A stretch of 62,656 nt of DNA, filler included, from Choristocarpus tenellus KU-1152 (taxonomy: Eukaryota > Protista > Phaeophyceae), in NCBI GenBank assembly GCA_964200185.2. It is 10 parts of 10 records of this genome, joined end to end, with 100 filler letters (N's around TTAATTAATTAA, not from the genome) between each part and the next. Parts side by side here need not be neighbours in the genome. Positions count along the whole stretch, not along the records: positions 53,305 to 62,656 come from CAXNAD020003755.1; 9 more parts are not named here. The stretch is one strand, 5' to 3'. The notes under the pieces are model-generated. The model had not been told where the DNA came from and did no database searches. It saw nothing but the letters and a program-made list of their open reading frames with translations. This document shows, piece by piece, positions 57,001 through 62,656 of this stretch (positions are counted from its first letter, which is position 1; the number at the start of each line of letters is the position of its first letter). The position numbers and the translations under genes are program-made.

Positions 57001-58520
57001 GTCTCAGAACACCATGCATTCAAGCACCCTTTTCATCAAATTCGTGACAATTTTTGGTGGCCCACTTTACATAAAGATGTCCAAGCTTGGTGTGAAAAAT
57101 GTCCATCATGCCAAAGCTGCAAGATAACTCCTTCTAAACCATCAAACCCTCCAGGGCATATGCCAGTAACACACCCATTTCAGAGAGTGGCAATTGATTT
57201 GGTAAAGTACAAAACTCAATCAGAGAAAAATACTCATGTCTTGTCTGCTGTCAACCATTTAACGAGGTTTGCTTTGCTCAGTGCTATCCCTGACAAACGA
57301 GAGGCAACTGTAGCAAAAACATTAACAGAATGAGTGTTTTCTATTTTTGGCACCCCAGAAACCTCACAGATCAGGGTAAGGAGTTTGAAAATATATTGAT
57401 CCTAGAACTTCAAAAGATCTATGGATAACAAAAAAACAAAAACGACACCGTATCGACCTCAAGGCAATAGCATTCTTGAAAGAATTCGTAAGAGAGTCAA
57501 GGTATCTAAGAGGGTAGAGCCACGTCCCTTTGGGGACCAAAATCCAATATTGCGATTTTGATGTAATTTTAGCCATCGTATTTGTTAGGAAGTGTCATTG
57601 TCCATGTTTCGGACACACCTTTTCATAATATATACATTTTACCTACTTTTAAACATTTTGGAGTAAGAAAATGTCAATAAAAAACCCATGGGAAGCGAAG
57701 CCCCAAATGGACAAACAGGGCAAAAATCGTACCCTTTAAGATACTTTCACTTAAGAGCATGCATGTCATGCTAGCTATGTGTTCCAATATGAAGCAATTG
57801 GATTGGGCGTCATTATTGCCTTTTGTGCAAATGACTCACAATACCGCTTATAACACCACTGTACAAGAAACACCTTTATATTTAATGTTTGGGAGACGTC
57901 CCACATTATCAATCGATATCATTTTGGGAGAACCAGAGGCCATGCCCATTTCTACCCAGGAGTACAGTAAACAAACAGTGGATAATTTACAACTGGCATA
58001 TGAACTGGCTAGACAGAATATTGGTGAGATGGCTTTGCGCAACAAGTCCGAGGTCACTGAACACACCATTCCTATTTATGAACTTGGTGCTAAAGTGTGG
58101 CTACACAAACCCCACACTTCGGCAGAAGCTCCTAACTCTAAGTTACTGTCCCCGTGGAGAGGACCATATGAAGTAAAAGAGAGAACAACTCCGGTAGTCT
58201 ACCGTGTGAAGGCGCAGGCCGACCGCCGAGAATCACTGTGATTATAGCACGACTTAAACCATTGACGCTCTCAATTCATTTCTGGGCAGAATAATACCTG
58301 AACCAGATATAGAACATAGTTCGAGCGTTTAACCAACTTTAGAGTCACACTTTGTTGAGGACATTGCAGACCATAAACCTGGAGTGGGTCGTAAATCCCC
58401 ACATAACTATTCATACCGGCTTAGATTTAGAGGTTTTGCTCCAGCTAGTGATGTCTGGCGGAAAGCAAAGGAAATTTCTCAGTGTGCAGAGATGATTGAA
58501 GCATACATATATTTCTCCTG
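54100..58520 (+). mobile_element. Ty3/Gypsy LTR retrotransposon pol (PR-RT-RH-INT-chromodomain), degenerate
   Basis: RT 55313-55990 (SPWASP, LRFCVDFR, KTAFVT, YLDD); RNase H 56186 onward (DAS, YSATQKECLAV, DHSAL); integrase 56836-58241 (FWWPTL, CEKCPSCQ, PFQRVAIDL, KLLSPWRGPY); chromodomain-like 58348-58506. Several frameshifts. Confidence 0.93.
57494..57752 (-). mobile_element. MITE family A inserted in the integrase gene, AAGA TSD
   Basis: AAGA|GAGTCAAGGTATCT...AGATACTTTCACTT|AAGA. Removing the element and one AAGA restores ILERIRKSMHVMLAM. Confidence 0.94.
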
Positions 58521-59730
58521 ACCAAAGTGTACTGACTCTAAAGTCTTCAAAAGCTCCCTTTGACCAAGGTATACCGATGCCAGAGTATTTTCAGTGTTCT
58601 CCACCACCCTCTGCCACAATAGCCGAAGAACCATCACACTCTTCACAAACACACCTGGCTCAATCCATTTGCGCCATTGCAGTCAAGAACATGCAACATG
58701 CTCTTGCTTCGAACCCTCAAGAAGATATCCCTGCGGCAACATCTACTACTCACAAAGTGGGTTGCCGGCCTGATACAACATCAGATGCCACTAAAAGAGG
58801 TAGAGATGAAGGTTTCAATCCTTTTTCAAGGCGAACTCGTGGACGATTTACTCGCTAAGTTGTTGACGTTTTTTTCCTTAACAAGTGCATACATATTTTT
58901 TAACCACACTCAAATGGATGATTTGATGGGTCCATACACATATTATGGGGTGGTCAGGGCTTTATCCCTGTTTTGTCAAGTTTCCAATGGAAGAAGATCC
59001 CTATGCACCTCTTTTGGAATCTCCAAACTTGTTTTCACCATACCCGCAAAAAGAGTAATTGATGTGAATACTCGGGATGGTCATTTATAGGTTTGAATCC
59101 TCTTTCTTAAGCAGGAAATCGTTGGTATCCCACGGCCCTCTCAATGGTTTACCCCTTAAGCAAATAAAGTTTCGATTAGAGCTCATCCAGGGGGAGGTGA
59201 CTGTGTTCCGCATAGGCAGGCACACGGTTTCTGCTCCACATAGTCCAAAAGATTGGAACTGGAAGAAAACTGGACCTCATCACTCCAGAACTCCAGAGAT
59301 AAGGGTTAATATTAACAATAACACTTGAAGGTGAGAAATCGAGTTTTCACTTTCAAATCAAAAGGATTAGATAGTATACAGATTCCTCAGAATGGAAGTT
59401 GACAATCCTTTCCTGACAAACACAGGATATTTAACCTTTTGCTTTCAGACATGCAAGGTAATAATTCAAGGCAATGACCCACCCACAAAAGTAATCACTG
59501 ATCCAATTCCTGAAAACCCCCTCCGCCTCAGCGCAGTTCCTCTTGAGACCTCTGTTGTGGCCAAGTGCAACCTACAACCAAGAATAGGGAACCATAGGTT
59601 TCCATTTCACATTTACACTAGCTGAGACATTGTAGCTTGATCAACACAATGACCCAAGCACTTTGATACCAACATTTCATGGGATATTATCTTCATAACC
59701 CTTGGGTAATTAAAGGTAAAATAAGATGTT

Positions 59731-60230
59731 TCCCATCACCAAACTTTGGTGTTCCAACCCTGTTGAGGACACCTTTCAGGGAATTCCTCCAAATTGGCGA
59801 GTCAAAGTATCTGAGAGGGTAGATCCGCGTCCATTTGGGGGCCAAAATCCAATGTTGGATTTTGATGTAATTTTGGCTGTCATTTTTGCTAGGAGATTTC
59901 AATATCCTTGCTCCGGGCACTCCTTTCATAATGCATACATTTTACCTACTCCGAAATATTTTGGAGTAGGTAAAATGTCATTAAAAGCCCGTGGGCAGCC
60001 AAGCCCCAAAAGGACAAATAGGGCAAAACTCGTACCCTCTAAGATACTTTCACTCTGGCTACATGAACATTTATGGGATACGCAAATGATTCCTAATTTT
60101 TCTTTTTTACCATAGTCTTACCATGACCAAACTTTGGGGTTCCAACCCTGATGAGGACAACCTTTCAAGGAACTCCTCCAAATTGGCTACAGGAAGATTC
60201 TTGGGATACCCAGATGATTCTTTTTCTTTT
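59731..60230 (+). repeat. ~130-bp tandem duplication; first unit interrupted by a MITE
   Basis: 59733-59798 plus 60060-60110 aligns to 60121-60230. Confidence 0.85.
59799..60055 (-). mobile_element. MITE family A, full length, perfect TGGC TSD
   Basis: TGGC|GAGTCAAAGTATCTGAGAGGGTA...TACCCTCTAAGATACTTTCACTC|TGGC. Confidence 0.96.
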
Positions 60231-60284
60231 CTCCCACGGGACTGTCAGACACGTTTTTTCTCGTGTGCAGACAGAGCTCACACT

Positions 60285-60310
60285 GGGGGGGGGGTGATGT
60301 GACGGGCAGG
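60285..60310 (+). other. Possible polypurine tract and 3' LTR start
   Basis: G10-TGA followed by TGTGACG downstream of the Gypsy pol; no partner LTR in the window. Confidence 0.3.
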
Positions 60311-62656
60311 TCCCTTTGGGAGCTGATCTCAGTCCAAGTACACATCGCGCGCACACACAAATGCATTGTGCGCACATTTCTTTGTCATTGGTGATGTTCC
60401 CACCACAAATCAAACACAGAGAACTCTTGAGAATTCTCAGACTTCTTACCAGTGACGATCACCAAGGTGTGACGCTATCTGGTGGATCTGGGATTCTATT
60501 AAAACTTCTCCTAAGATTTGATGGCTGAGAGAGCTTTGAGTTTGCTGGTAGCACCCCACCATGACACAATAGGTGATTCTGAACACCCCCCACGACTGAT
60601 TGGACCCTGCCTCACGACATTTGCATTTGCGTCATTTTCACAAAATGAAATTCACTATCAGAAAGTTTTATCTATCACCCCATGTTCTGCCACCAGTAGT
60701 GTTTTTCGTTACCAATTGCTATGAAATTTCTCATTTCTAGTTGGAAACAATTGTGAGAGCCATCTTCTAAAGAAGGCGTACCTTGAACGTAACCTATCTT
60801 GAACAATATGATATTCATATAACATTTGTTTATTCATGAAGGTAACATCTGGTTGAAGTAAATAGCGGGTAGTTTGAGGGGACCTTACAAACCCCCCTCA
60901 TTCTTTTCCAACTTGTTCACTCCTGCCCTGAGTCATCTTCTGAGGGATTGCTCTCCCTCTTGGTCTCTCCTTTTCCTTGCCTTCTGTGGGTCTTCAAGCT
61001 TCCCCTCCTTTCGAAGAACCTGTCACCTTGTCCCATCTGTTTCAGACAATAGTGAAAACCATTATGACTTCAGTAAGACCCAAAGGTTTGATGATGTTAT
61101 AGAGGAATTATCAAATCGAAGCAACCAATTCGTGTTTGTTCAACCAAAATGCTACAAAAGCTGCGTAGTACAAGGACAAGACTCACAATAGTTTGGGTAC
61201 CACGGGAGATGCACATATTATTTTTGCTAGCATGTCACACCCTTTCACTGGCTCGGGTGAAACCCTGATCGTTAGGCAGGAACTAGAACTACCTCGCCAG
61301 AACAGGACGTCCATGCACAATGAGGTATCAAGTCAAATTTCACTGCCATACCAAGAGGTTATCAATAGTGTACTGGCAACCCTCACACCGATACTTCAAC
61401 CTGTTTCAACCCAGAACTCCTCGCCCACTGTCTGTGCTGCCGTAAACAAACAACCTACTTCGGCGAAATACGGACATCGTTCATTCCAAAATGCAATACA
61501 TCAAAACCCGTTTGACCAGTCACATCCGTTCCCCAGCCTGTGCATCGATCCCCACTTACTTTTTGTCACAGACGGGGCGAGCGGTAGAAGTCGACACCAT
61601 TCGGACAAAGACCTACCCCAATTACTCAGTCCACTGAGGAATGTCCAGGGAAGGGTTGAAATAGGCAGAAGCTTAACACGGGCTACAGCAGACTGCTCTT
61701 TCATCACAGGGCGCCCACTAACCGCGCAGAAGATGGTTTGAATTTGCTGGTCACCTTCAGGTGGTGTTTCTTTTTTTTGCATTTTTTCTTTTTGATAGTG
61801 AATTTCATTTGGCGCAATCTGATTTTCGTAGTGGATTATCTTATCCCTGTTGAACAAAATACCATAATACATTTCATTTTGCGCACTCTATTATGTCCTC
61901 TGACATTTTGTAGATGTGCCACGAAAAAGGCCAATTCAATATCATAAGGACCCCTGTAGACTACCTGCTATAGTACACTACTACCCTGCTACGCCTCTAA
62001 CCTACCTTCGCCCTACACGACAGGGCAAGGAGGCTGGGAAGCATCCCAAGAGTCTGACAGGCCCTTCCTTGCCCATCCCCTTGGTGTCTCCAGCTTAATA
62101 TGCATGACACGTCTTGACAGAGTCAATTGTGTTGTTTGACAGACACCACCTGTCGTAAACAGGATTTGACACCCCCTTTCCTGGTGCAGCTTCCCGGCAC
62201 TCTCCCTCCTACCATGTGCGTACCCAACTCATCCAGAACACTTTCTGCTTGCTTACCAAGACGCCCAAAACTTTCCACCGCGAAGGTTTTGAGGTTAAAT
62301 CTACGAGGAACAAAAGAACCCTCGTAGTGGGTACACTTTCGCGCCTCAGCTGCCGCATCAGCTATAGCAGGAGAGTGGTGTAGTATACCTGATAGTTAAA
62401 TAGTAAATAGATTTTGAGAAGTATCACATTTACAACAACTGTTACTTTTATAGGGGGGGCTTATGATATTGAATTTGTATCTTCCTTTAACATATCTAGA
62501 AAATGTCAGAGGGCAAAATAAAAAATAGATGCGGATTTAACCTCAACACCATAGTAGTGGGAAGTTTTGGGTGCCTCGGCAGGAAAGCAGAAAGCGTCCG
62601 GGATGAGTTCGCTATACACGCATTAGGGAGGAGAGGGACAGAAGCGTTACAGGCAC

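Noticed and set aside
62365-62400. PPT plus LTR start (AGCAGGAGAGTGG-TGTAGT)
   Set aside because: No partner LTR or adjacent pol is visible in the window, so it is too weak to call.

Overview
This is eukaryotic, intron-rich, transposon-rich DNA, most likely from a photosynthetic stramenopile such as a brown alga. The evidence is inferential: bipartite ASAFAP-type plastid presequences, GT/GC-AG introns and TTAGGG repeats. The window is not one locus. It is ten short contigs joined by nine identical 100-bp artificial spacers (N44-TTAATTAATTAA-N44), so adjacency across a spacer means nothing. Spliced host genes or fragments: an ankyrin/IQ/WW-like gene, an ABCC/MRP transporter with an in-frame TGA, an S8 subtilisin, a plastid-targeted CPP1-like J-like protein head-to-head with DDX41, two SnoaL/NTF2-like paralogs, and a coiled-coil gene. 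Mobile DNA: two decayed Ty3/Gypsy elements (one with a chromodomain), two deleted pogo/Tigger copies, a DD39D-type mariner, an IS630/Tc1 fragment and an 8-exon decayed Sola-type transposase. There are also about 19 copies or fragments of three related MITE families that share a terminal AAAGT core. The best candidate for an undescribed system is the Sola-type transposase together with these MITEs. One MITE sits next to an uninterrupted duplicate of its target site, which fixes its TSD at 4 bp. No prokaryotic-type system, CRISPR array or RNA gene was seen.
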